This document shows positions 38,051-51,904 of a stretch of DNA of 64,000 nucleotides, in pieces (positions within the stretch are counted from its first letter, which is position 1; each line of letters begins with the position of its first letter). Position numbers and translations under genes: made by a program. This DNA is from Utricularia gibba (taxonomy: Eukaryota > Plantae > Magnoliophyta). The stretch lies in the NCBI GenBank assembly GCA_002189035.1, contig NEEC01000011.1:1674001-1738000 (forward strand). The letters are read 5' to 3'. The notes under the pieces were generated by a model that was not told the DNA's origin, searched no databases, and was given only the letters and a program-made list of their open reading frames with translations.

Positions 38051-38866
38051 CCTTACACCCCGACACCAGTAAAATCTCTCTCAAAATCCTCCGAACACAA
38101 AACCAAAACAACAAGCGATCTCTCCTGCTCGAGAATCCGTTAAGCAGAGGAATGCGACGGTTTCAACGTTCGACATGACGGCGGGAAAACACCAGAAACT
38201 TACGCTCCACGGCAAGCAAACCGCCGGTTCAACCAAGAATGCATCCGATTGAACAAGAAAGAATAATGATCGTAGCATGAACTATTGTAGTCATCATTCT
38301 TCTTCTTTTCTACGTGGTTTCACGATCAACATTGCCAAGAAAATCAAGCCTGTGGGAATTCATCCTAAGGAATCTCATTCCGTTTGGCCCATTTACTGTG
38401 ATACACGGACATGTTTTCACTGGGGCCCAGTGGGCCAACACAAGCCCAACTTGCTATTTCTAGAAGCATCTATCACCTTTCGTTCGGCAAATGTACTTCT
38501 AAAAAAAATTAAAAATACATTTTAATTGTCAAAAATAAATGCATATCTCAAATAGATTAATTTTTTATTCTAAAAAAAATAAAGATTAAGAATTTAAGAA
38601 TAAAAATCTATGTAAAATATAGACTTCATTTTAAAACACTGGTTCTGCTGGTAGAAAAACAAGAGATACTTCCATTGTTTGTTGACAAAACATGGACGTG
38701 CCAACTCCCCCGTCTGTTCTTCAAATGGGGAAAAACACCTTCAAAACAAGCGCATAGCTCAGTGACAACCAAAGCCTAGTGCAAAAAGGGCCAGCAGACA
38801 GAAACCAACAGCATGGTGTCTTGAGGAGAGTACAATCCATGCAACTGAAACAAGCAGTCCCCCACC

Positions 38867-40159
<1,293 letters not shown>

Positions 40160-40235
40160 CGCTTCTCCTCACCGCCGCGAAGGCCGAGCAGATCGCCGAG
40201 AGGGTAAATGAAAGTCGATGGTTCACTAAAGGCTG

Positions 40236-40297
40236 AAACCCTAATGGACAGTCGGTTTTACACATTTTCAGCTTATTTACACTTTAGATGGGCCCAA
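40236..40297. promoter_or_regulatory. Telo-box (AAACCCTAA) plus site II (TGGGCC/GGCCCA) in the RPS9 promoter
   Basis: aaaccctaa at 40236-40244 and tgggccca at 40289-40296, the standard pairing upstream of plant ribosomal protein genes. Confidence 0.75.
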
Positions 40298-41066
40298 TCT
40301 TCTAAATCGGCCCCATACCATTTTCCGGCTGGGCATTCATTAAAAACATTTATATGTTCATTATAAATATTAAAAAATGAATAAAAAAACTTATTACAAA
40401 AATGCTACATGTTGATCAAATTATCGACATCATAAAGGGTTGTTTGAAAACCATGGTTAATGTTTTTTTTATTTTTTTTGTATCATCGATCAACTTTACT
40501 AATTTCTGTCTAACGTTGATTAATCATGCAATTTTACAAATTATAACTAAATAGTTAAACCTGGTAACTATTAGATAATATTGTGTTATTTGACTAATTT
40601 TTAATTTGATATTATCATACTAATTTTAAAAACAATGGGAATGTATGATGTTGAGTGCCCATTCTATTTCTTAATAAATAAGAAATAATTTTAATAAAAT
40701 AGAATTTGAGAATCAATTTTATTCCAAACAATAATCTATATTTAATAAAGAAAATATTTTTGAAATATTTATTCCAAACAGATCTTGCTAACAATTTCAA
40801 ACCTTTGTCAAAGAAGTTGCAAAAACAGACTGGAATTGGTATTAGAGTTCAACATACTATTTCATGTATGAAGAAGAGCAGAAACAAAAGCTAATCAGCA
40901 ATCCACAGGCATCTTCAAGCTACAACCACCTTCAAAGAATCTGACTAGATCTGCATCTTGACTACAGTTTGATCACCTTCTGGATATGGAAGGAAGTCAA
41001 CAAACATGAATCTTGGAAACTGGGAAGGCATCATATGTATCTGGTATTGTGTTGAAACTGTTGTCA

Positions 41067-42326
41067 TCAGCAACCCATCACTGCGCAGTTGTACACGAAG
41101 CTTTCCGACTGTTTGCGGCCGAGCAAGTCCCACTGCGGCGGGGAGTCGTCCGGAACCCAGGAATTGACTTCAATGTACCTCTCGGCGGCGTTGCGCGGGC
41201 CTCCGATGACAATGAGGTGATCGCCGCATGCCCGGAAGGCTATACCCCAGCCGTACATTGAGTCTGCTCGCTCCGGGAGACTCCCCACTGTGTTCCATGT
41301 TCTTGTAGCCTTGTTGTACTTTCTTACCGCCATTTCAGCGTAATCGGCGGCGTATAGCTGGTTATCGACGACTGCGATGAGCGGCGGAGCTACGGATGTG
41401 GCTGGGCGGTCATTCTCCGTTGCTGCAGCGAGGCGAACGGGGGACATGTTGGGGATCAGAGTCCATGTTCCTGTCTCCAGATTGTATTCTTCCCCGCATG
41501 AGAGAAGCTCGGCGCCGGAGCCTCCGACCCCTCCGATGACGTAGAATCTCCCATCCATGAAGACTCCTGAACACATTTTTCTCGGCTTGTTCATGCTCGG
41601 GAGAGACGTCCAGGAGCCTATCTCGGAGTTGTACATCTCCGCCGAGGCCAGAATCCGACCGCTCGAATCACAGCCGCCGGCCACTATCGCGATTTCGCCT
41701 AGACTTGCTGAGCCGAACAGGCAGCGGGGAGCGTTCATGCTCATTCCGGGAGTCCAGGCATTTGTCAGCAAGCTATAGCGGTACACCACGTGGGAGAGGA
41801 GACCACGGCCGAAGACGAGGAGCTCTGTGCCCACAGCCAAGGACTCCTTATCGGAGAATACAAAGCAGTCATTAGGATTCATTCTCGGCAGCCGCATCCA
41901 GCGACGGCGAGCAGGGTCGAAAGCTTCCCATTCTAGCAACTGGCAGGAGAAGTAAACCCAATGCTCGACCACACCATTCTGTCTCCTCAGCCGGTAGATC
42001 TCACCGCTTCGGACAAGAGAGTGGAAACTCCGGTTCAGTGCAGCAATGGAACCATAATCACCTCTTGAGCACTTGATTAGACAACTAATGGAGTTATCTC
42101 TCCCGATAGCAGAGATCAATGAACTCAAATCGGAATTCTCACCATCTCTGCGACGCCTATTCGATTGGCAAACAAGAATTCCGTCAAACAATGCATCCAT
42201 TCTGTCTAGCGAGAGTTTCGTCTGCTGGGTGTCAGCCGTCTCCAGCCGGTAATTCCTGCAAGGCCAGCTACCCTCACAGATCCTGCTGTAGTTCCTTGAA
42301 ACCAAACAAGCCCTGTCCTCCAGCAT
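41067..42326 (-). CDS. F-box/kelch-repeat protein (SKIP11 / At1g26930-like), single exon, 419 aa
   Basis: MLEDR.CLVSR start, F-box-like LISAIGRDNSISCLIKCSRGDY, kelch repeats (SDKESLAVGTELLVFG, PRCLFGSASLG, RKMCSGVFMDGRFYVIGG) and a NCAVMGC end. Confidence 0.92.
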   Translation of the reverse strand: MLEDRACLVSRNYSRICEGSWPCRNYRLETADTQQTKLSLDRMDALFDGILVCQSNRRRRDGENSDLSSLISAIGRDNSISCLIKCSRGDYGSIAALNRSFHSLVRSGEIYRLRRQNGVVEHWVYFSCQLLEWEAFDPARRRWMRLPRMNPNDCFVFSDKESLAVGTELLVFGRGLLSHVVYRYSLLTNAWTPGMSMNAPRCLFGSASLGEIAIVAGGCDSSGRILASAEMYNSEIGSWTSLPSMNKPRKMCSGVFMDGRFYVIGGVGGSGAELLSCGEEYNLETGTWTLIPNMSPVRLAAATENDRPATSVAPPLIAVVDNQLYAADYAEMAVRKYNKATRTWNTVGSLPERADSMYGWGIAFRACGDHLIVIGGPRNAAERYIEVNSWVPDDSPPQWDLLGRKQSESFVYNCAVMGC

Positions 42327-45300
42327 CTTTACAGATTCAATGGTTGAGGATCCTTGAATCAAAGCTTTTCCCCTAAAAAAACAAGATATACACCAGCTGC
42401 GAGCTGAAACAAAGCAACGCCACAAGAATCAAAAATCATGCTCATTCTATCAGATTCATCCACATTGCATCAGATTTGTAAACATCTAATCCAGCTTTCT
42501 GGGCAAACGGTTACAGAAACATAAACCTCAGTCTGAAACAATCAGAAACAGGAGAAGGAGCGCAAAGTTTAATACTGGTGTAATACTTTCAAAAAAACAA
42601 AGAAACCCACATCAATAACACTCCAAAGCTCCACAAAAATCTCAACTTTTCGAGCAACCGCGATAAACCAACCTGCAGATCTCCAAAAATCAGATCAACG
42701 AATACCCATCTCCGGAAACACCCAGAAAAATAAAAAACAAGCAGCAGATCCACCGTTTCCCTCTAGCATTGGCCTTTTAGCCGCGCGACTTAATAGGGAT
42801 TTAGATCTAAACCACAGTCAAAGAAAGAAGTGAGACTTTTAACACCAGTATTCAACCCTTTCCGCAGAAACACCCATAAAGCAACCATATTAAGTAAAAA
42901 AGACAGGCCACTCCGGGAAAAGAGAAACGCTAATAAAACGCATCAATCCATAAGAACAAAAACTTACACAAGCATCCGAAGAAAGAAAAAAGAAAGTTTA
43001 TTGGATTGAAGAACTTCAAAAATACACTAATCTTTCCGTTATTTCTTTATCTATCTATTGCAGGAATCCAACCTGGGAGATTTTGTTTTCTTTTTTTGGG
43101 GGGTTTAACTTTTGCTGCGTGTGGTTCTCACAGAAGGGAACTGCAGTTCCATTCCTTCACGTTCACTCCTGCAAACACAAATCTTTATATCGAATTTAAA
43201 TTCAAAGCCATAAATAAAAAAATAAAAAAATTACTGCTCTTCAATCCTGTAATAACACACAGCAACTGAACCAGGAAGAAGAAGATGAAGACACCGCATA
43301 CTCGTCTTCCCCAATTCTTCCTTTAACAATTGGAACTTGTTAAAAAATATATATATTTATCATTTAAATAATAATAAAACAAAAAATGGGAGAATAATTA
43401 ACAAGTCATTAAAAAAAATAATGCAACAATTTAGAAATTATATGATAAAATTAATCATTATCAATTAATAAAAATAATATATTATAATTAAATGGCGTGT
43501 AAAGCTGTTTTCCCCACTGTTGCAACAGAATTTATGCATCATTAGTAATTAATAATGTTCTAAAAATAAAATATTTAATGCATTCCACTACACTTGACTT
43601 TTCTTCTACGGGGCTCTGCGACTATTGGACGACGTCGTGGGCCCCGGGAACAGCTAATGTTCGGTCATCCGCCACCGGGCTGGACCCCACCCACACCAGA
43701 AATGGCGTAATCCGGGGAGCTGACACGTTTCTTTACCCGGGATGAAAAAATCCAACCCAATATACCGTGTTACTGTCCTAATGTTACTGCCCCATTTTTA
43801 CCATTTCGGAAAAATGTAAATTAAAATAATATTATAAATATAATCCGGTGTTGTTCGTGTAACATTTCACGTGATAGGAAAAGGTATCACTAGCCACATG
43901 TACATTTAGATAAAAATAATTATTTAACTATAGCTACCTTTTGAAAAATTAAGATGGATTTCAATATAATTGAAAATTATGATAAAATGAGAGTTTATAT
44001 ATATTTGTACCTGTTTTTAAAATGATTATTATGGAATTACAAAAGAATTGATTTTTATAAATAGATTACATATTAACTGATAATGATTAAAAGTCATATT
44101 TAATATAAGTAAATTTTTACTTTAATATTCAAAATCAATAGTTTTTGTATTGCTAATTGAAAACTTATAAAACTTTAGCTCAAGTAAATAGAATTAAATT
44201 TTGACATAATCAGAATGTAAATTGGCACTTATTTTAAAATTGTTATTAAACATATTTTTTTTATTAACAAATAGGTATTGTATTAAATTCATTTATCATA
44301 ATTAATTATTAAAAAACAACTCAGTATCTTGTTTTAAAGTTGCAATGATTCTAAAAAATCAATTTCTATTGAAGAGAATCATGTGCACATTTGGAAAATA
44401 GAATCAACTATACAATAATAGAATTGATATTAAAAAAAAGAATTGATTTCCAAATATTACCTATATACTTTATGTAATTCAAGTCTTACAATCTATAAAA
44501 ATGTACTAACATGAAACAACTTAAATAAAATCATAAATGGCGTAGATACATAACTAGTTATTACTAATTTCTGTACATATTTTTTTATTTTTTAAAGATA
44601 ATAAATATTTGTTTTTTTTGTAATAATATGAGAGGGTTCAATAAGGTTACTGTTTTTTGATAATTTTGGTACCCCTATTGCTCAGGGTCTACTAATATTA
44701 AAAAAATAATAGATAATAGGGCACATTCAACTTGACAGTGCATTATTAGCCAAAAGAAAAACACCAATTATTGGGCCAGTGCCTTGATTGGATTTGGTTG
44801 CTTTATGCTGCCCCTTTAGTAGACTACTCCACGTCATAAATTTCACTTTACGAATATATTCTCAAATTAATAAATCGCAAATCACGTCTCCATCCTTATC
44901 CAAATCTAGCTAATCATGTAATTAAGGTTAAAATAGTAAATTAATTAATTTTATTAGAAGGGGTGAATCGAATCATTCACATATGTTGAACCTATATTAA
45001 TGGATTACATATTATTAATTTTATATTGAAATCGTACGGGTGGGATTCATCACCGCGGTCCTGCCACCACCTGCTTTTTCCAGTCTTATTCCGCAATAAT
45101 TAATCCTATCCACAACCGACAAAATTTGTATTAATCCGAGAAATAAAAGCGAAATATTTTTTCTTTTTGATTACTATATTAATAAATTGAAAATAATTAA
45201 GGTATGTGATTTTTCTTAATTAATCCTCTGGGGTTTTGTCATGTTTTTATTAATTAAATAAAAATCCCTAATTTTAAAAGATTAGAGAATGTTCCAGACA

Positions 45301-47566
45301 GAAAAAAAATCATAAATGTAAGAATAAAAAATAAAAAACGAAAATAAAACTCAGCTAGTCTGATGTCACTGTAAGAATATTTGTATCCTCAGTTTCCATT
45401 TTCGTGAAGATGACAATAAATCCATTTTTAGGTCATTTTACGTTTTTTAATTTGAACCTCACAAAAAGATTCTTGACGTGGATTTTTTGTGAAAATAATG
45501 AATGGAAATTTTCCAAAAGTTCTTTAAATTTATAATTGTATTGTTTATTTATTTTTGGCTTATAAATAACCAAAATGATATTTAGTTTCATAAAATTATG
45601 AATGCTGATATTTTTATTTAAATTTTAAGCTATAATATAATACAAATTTGTCTTTAAGTGGATTTAGCTAATCATATTTTAATATTATTTTCTTTATTTG
45701 AAAATTTTTGTTCCAAAAACTATTTCTACGAATTCATTAGCTCTCCTAAATTTTAAAAAATTCATTCTTACTCCAAAGGTACTCTGAAAAAATAATATTT
45801 TTATTTAATAAAAATATATCTAATTGATATTATTTTGATAATTATTTTATCAAACGTATTATAACTAAACGAGGGTCTTTAATGAAGCCAATAATACTCC
45901 AAGGAAAGAATCTTGCAAAGAAAAAGTGTATAAAGGAGTAGGAAGATGCTGGCGTGCGCAAGTTTGTCAGTACATTAATATACCATCGCTTTTTACCCAT
46001 TCGCTCCTCTCCACGTGCCATTTGTTTCTCCAAACGATTTGTTCCCTTCGTTTCTAATGTTATAATACGCGGAGTGTGTCCAATTTCAGTTTTTGAGAAT
46101 CAAATATAATTGAATTAGGAATATCTAGAATAGAAAATTTCAATGATATTCTTTTAAAAATGTATTTTTATATATAAATAAAATAATATATTTTTGAATT
46201 ATATTTTGTTTCTTATTATACAATCTACACCTTCTATAATAATATCAAGGTAAATTATTAAATATTTATATATATTTCTTAATTCGAGAAATCATTTTGT
46301 ATGGCTATATGAAACTCGATTTCGAAAAAAAACCGTATATTTTGAATCTACTATAAAATGATATTTTGATACCCTCCGCTTCTATGTGTAATGGAATTTA
46401 TTTTTTAAAATTAATTTTTGAATCGTGAATTGATTATAAACCATATGGCTTAATTTCAATTTAAGTTTAAAAATTTCGATTTCGAATCAGAACTTAAACC
46501 GAACCGAAACCGTACATTCTGAATCTATATCAAATCTAGTGTAATCGATTCCGGACACCATACACCCTTATTATTTGGGTAACATTACTTTCAAATAATA
46601 TTTCTCATTTAATAAATTCGACCATGTTTATTTCTGCGCTGCAGTGTTGAAGCACCGGAAATGAACGTTAATTTGACTGCGGTCATAACAACCATTTCTT
46701 ATTATTCATAATGGTAATAATGTTTTACCGCCCAGGCCTGATGCAGAGACCAGACAATAATTGCGGCTTGTCACTAAAAATAATAACGTCAATGTAACGC
46801 TAAATGGATTTATTTAATAGAAATGTTAATCAAAAGGGGCGGAGCATTAAATGTCTTTTTTTAATTTTTAAATTATTATCACAGCTGGTAAATGATTTAT
46901 CTTCCCTGTTTGTGTGGAAAATAATATTTTTTTCTGAGCCCAGACAGTTTCACGGCGAAATGAAGATGGGCCCACGGGCATTGTGGCCCAAATGAATCTT
47001 GACCATCTGACAGTTTGAAAATTCAAACAAGTTTACTCAATGTTAAATATAAAAAATTAATATGTATAAAAATTGACTGGTCAAAAAAAATTGCGAAATG
47101 AAATTTTTGGAAAATATTCAAATATATGCTGCAGCGATTGTTGTTTAAAAAATTAATTATCATGTCTCTATTTGAAGATGTATTATAAATGATATGTAAT
47201 GTAATGTGGTAGATCAAAATTTCATGATTAATATGCAAATATTAGTGATTATATCTTGTCCTATGTATAATTTCCACATCTCAAGTTGTAACTGTTTAGG
47301 TAATCTTATACTTATGGATATATTTTATAAATTTATCCCTTTTAGAACTTTCATTTGGTTATTGAGCTTGCATACATGGATTTTGTACATAGTTTTTGGA
47401 TGTGTGAAAATTTTCTATATTTCCCAAGAAAACTATATCCTAAATGCAAACCTCCATACTCTATCATGAATGTTCCTAATTTTGACATTGCATTTTTTAT
47501 AAAGAGTCACCGATATAATATAACGCAATATATTTTATTAGTCATAATATATATATATATATATAT

Positions 47567-47830
47567 CGGGCACTCGGTTGCACGTGCCAAGCTTCCTCCC
47601 GCACCCTCGCCGATAGGCACTTTACATGATGGGAAAACGGCCAAGTAGTCGGAACGTGAACTTGGTGGGGCGTGCGGAGGGAAGAAGGACGAAGAGGTGC
47701 ATGCGTGACGTCGCTCCTTGGAACAAAGTTAAGCAGAGTGGGTGGGGTAGCGAAATGAAGCAAACGACAATAGAAGTTTGTTATCGAGCAAATGAAAAAA
47801 AGGGAATCAAGATATTTTTCAAGTCGAGCG
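47567..47830. mobile_element. 264-bp GC-richer insert flanked on both sides by (AT)n; candidate microsatellite-targeting element
   Basis: (AT)10 at 47547-47566 and (AT)7 at 47831-47844 directly bracket the segment. Confidence 0.45.
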
Positions 47831-49790
47831 ATATATATATATATGTTCAATAATTAAATAAACTAATTTTATGAATCATTATTTTCACTATCAATAATTA
47901 TAAAGTAAAGGGGCGATAAGAGATGAGAATCATCCAATGTTATGAAAATTAATAACTTATGAGATAGATTATCGTGAATAAAAATGGATAACATGATGAT
48001 TATTGGTTAGTACAAGTAGAATACTTGAATACTTTGTCTAAAAGACTAAAACATATATGTCAATAATTTTGTTTCATATATGTGTAGTTGTTTTTGTTGA
48101 TTTATGTCCCGTAAAGAATTTCATAGTCTTTTCACATATTATAATATGTTCGATTATATAATATATCACATCTTTTTTTGATCACTTGTTTAAACTACTT
48201 TGACCTTAATACCAAATGATCATTTATTATAAAATAATACTTGTAATAATAAAAGAATATGTAATGTTAATGTGCTTCCCAAGTTAATAATTTATTTTAA
48301 AATCAAATAATAAGTATGATCATATATCCAAAATTTTTTAAAATATGGTTAGATATGATAAATGATCATTCATCAAATTAAGTCAAGCAATCCCAACTGC
48401 TGGTACTCCCAGATGAATGGGGAGACTTGCATTTCCAGTAAACTGGCAAGGTTCATCCTCCTTCAACCGCGCGATTACAGAAATGATCACAAATCCAAAA
48501 CGACAGAACCCAATTGGGAAGAACGCTATACCTGATAAATCACCTTCTGCTGGTTGTTCACTCAGCCATTCCAAAGGCAATGGTAAAATCTCACCCAAGG
48601 CAAAATCTAAGCTTGCACAGGAAAACATTTTGGGATTCATCCAGATTCTAAACAACCATAAACTAATCAACAAGCCCACGTTTTGATACCAGAGAGCTAT
48701 CAAACGAAGGAGCCGACCTTCACAAAAGATCAGCCAATTTACAGATTTAAATAAAAAAGATATAAAATATAAATTAAGAAATAAACAATTTGAACTACAA
48801 ATCATTCATTTTTTCACAAATTATCCGAATAATTCGTTAAGTTGAAAATCACTAACTCAACTCGTATTTGTTTTTCACGAATACGAGTAACTCATATTTG
48901 TTCCATACGGATCGACTCGCGGGTAATCCGAGTTGACCTGTACCCATGCCCAGATCTACTCATCTGGACGACTTGTAGCCCTTAGTGCATAGGCAATCTT
49001 TGAAAGATGGCCATTTTTTAGGATAAACATTGATAAACATAAAGTGTTCTAAAAAATGAACATTGATAAACATAAAGTGTTCTGAAAATTTTTTGAATAT
49101 TGTTTTTATTTTTGAAAAAAAAATAGAATTATATTTTTATTTTTGATGATAAAAAAGAAAATGAAAATATAAGTAGTTGTTTTCTTATTTTTAATTCTCA
49201 CTCATTTTCAATTATATTGAAAATTATTTTTATTAAAAATAAAAATATGAATTGTTCTTTGCAAAATTATTTTTATTAAAAATATAAGTAAAAATAGCAT
49301 TCAAAATTTTTTATGAACATAGTTTAGGTTAAAAAATTTACATTATGAATGATTAATTTTTTCACACATGATCTTACATATGGACCTGATTTCTAATTCA
49401 TTCTATTTTTGAAGCATCTTATAGCTTAGTACGGGAAATTAGGGAGCTCATTTTAATTTAAATTAAAAATTAATACGTGGTTGTTTTATGGGAAAACCAT
49501 CATTATCATCTTGTACGGTAGTTTTGAAACATATTTGTATGAAAAATAATATATGAAATATTTATTTTATTATTATCTACGGAAATGGCGAAAAATATGG
49601 ATGCGCGAGTTTTAGTCTCTCTCTTGGTCTCTCTTCTTCAGCGGAAACCTATCGTATCCATTCATTCTCCTCTCGCCGCGGCTTCGCCAAAACCCTCGCC
49701 GATTCTTTACCTCCGCCGCGCAGGGCGGCGTATAATCTCTTACTACAGACGTTCTTCTGCTCAATTTCTTACCAGTCTCAAGAGCCAAAC

Positions 49791-51904
49791 ATGGCGACGG
49801 CATCCGCATCCTCTTCCGCGGTCGATGCTACTGTCGAGGGACCAGTTTTGAGTCTCCTAACCAAACGCCTCCGCGCTCTGCGAAAGAAGCTCAACCGCAT
49901 AACTCAGATGGAGGAGGCTTTATCGCAGGGGAAGGTACTTAACAAGGAGCAGGAAGAAACCCTACGTTCCAAATCCTCGGTTTTGGCCGGGATCGATGAG
50001 TTGGAGAAGCTGCGCCCGACGATTGCGCAAGCCTTGGATCAGGAAATTCAACTTGCTGTTGAGAAGAATCAGAAGACGGATGCGGAAGCTTCAGTTGTCG
50101 AACCTGGAGCTGGTGTTGAGGCGGAGCCGCAACGCGATGTGTTTGCTGGTGTTTCTGATCTGCTAAATTTGTTGTACTTCGGAACAATTTTTGATGTGAA
50201 GACGTTGATGGGCGGTGCTAATGATAATATGCTGCTGACGAGGACTCATGAGAGGAACTCTTGCCTCACATATGATTATGTTACGGATGATGACGCTGCT
50301 GGGGACCTATTGAAGGAATGGGATTTGGATTTGATTTCCACGCTAGCGAGGATGATGATTTCTCGGCCTGTAAATTCCAGCTCCTCACATAATGATGCGT
50401 TGCGGAATTGTGTGGAGCACGTGAAGCTATGGGTGGAGAACTCAGAACAGCCCATTGAACCAAATTCAAATATCACATGTATGGCATTTAAAACCTCAAT
50501 CTTTTACCTTGATTTCCTGCTTTGGATGAATTTTCATTTTCTCTAGTTGCTAAACTTGGGGTACAATGGATAGTGTGAGATAATGGTAGCGGTGAATTGG
50601 TTTTCAGGAGTCTTATTTTACTTTGAATTTCCTTTAAAGTGTTAAAGAGCATGTATGAAATTCGTTAGAGTCTCGTCGGGGAAGCTTTGTCAGAGCAAGC
50701 ACTTTGTTTTAATATTCTCAGCTGAGTGTGTGCTTCTTCGTTTCTTGTTCAAAGTGATTTAATATGAATGATTGCGTGGCAGATTACTGCTGGGTAGCAT
50801 GGTGTAGGGCAACTTCTTGGTTATTTCTGTGCACGTTTGTAGCAATTGGCACATGATTGAAGCTTGGTATTAACTAACTAATTTTTTTTTTTTTTTTTTT
50901 AGATGCTTATGCAAAGCAAAAGTTGCACAAGATCATGGCTTCAGACTACTTCACAACTACCCCTGAAATAAAAGCTTCGGTTGAAATGGCTGCTGCAGCT
51001 GCTGGAAATTACACTTCATTCCCAGTGCCTTTGCAGGGTGCTGTGGTTCCCCCTTCTGGGGTTGCTGACTCGTACGAGGTCTCATACGAGGAGTATGGGC
51101 AACAGGTAACCATCTATCCTGCGTGTATGGCCTTGATATTGGATAATTCGTTTTTTCTTCTTACTCCTTGACGCCATTGTTTCATGCTTAACAAGTGTTG
51201 AAGCCTCTACCTCTATTTAAATTTGAGTCTTCTGGTTTTGGATCCTACCAGTCCAGTAGAAAGAGTTACCGTAGAATCGGCAAAGAATCATAGAAAGGAG
51301 ACAGTTTTTTTCAGACGGACTACTGTCTCGAAAATTTGTAAACCTCCTGCTTGCATCATCGTTATGGATAAAACTGCAATATCATTTTCTGAAATCTGCA
51401 TTGCAGGAGGAACAATCAAATGATTTCTACGGTGAAGAAATTTATAAAGAACAAAATGGACCGGTTGAAGAGCTTCATCAGGTAATTGCTGTTTCAACAA
51501 TCTGTTCACTTTCATTATCTTCAAAAGTTTTTAAACTTTCAAAACATTTTTCTGCTATCGACGTTTATAGCATGAAGAAAACTCATCTGAAGTTCAAGAC
51601 CAGACAGAACTCAGCACAGGCGATGCTAAAGTGGATGACAACGACAGAGACATCAACCATGAGGAGCACCCCCATCAAGGAGGCCACCGTACCAGAACTA
51701 CAGAGGCCACCGAGGCGGTCGTGGGCGTCGACCATACACCCCGGCCGTGGATGGCGAGGCGGGAGTCGTGGTGGCTACCAGAATGGCAACAGCCAGTTCT
51801 ACGATCAGCCTTACGGCTACAACCATCGGAACACTAACTTCCGAGGCCGAGGTGGTCGCGGTCCTCCTGGACAGTATGCTGCTCATGTTGAAGCAGAGTC
51901 GTGA
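49791..51904 (+). CDS. Glycine/RGG-rich protein (At1g27090-like; Caprin-like architecture), two apparent 1-bp frameshifts
   Basis: KRLRALRKKLNRITQMEE..GKVLNKEQEE, LLYFGTIFDV, THERNSCLTYDYVTDD and a C-terminal YQNYRGHRGGRG..RGGYQNG..RGRGGRG. Exons 49791-50478, 50903-51105, 51407-51481 and 51571-51904. Confidence 0.88.
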
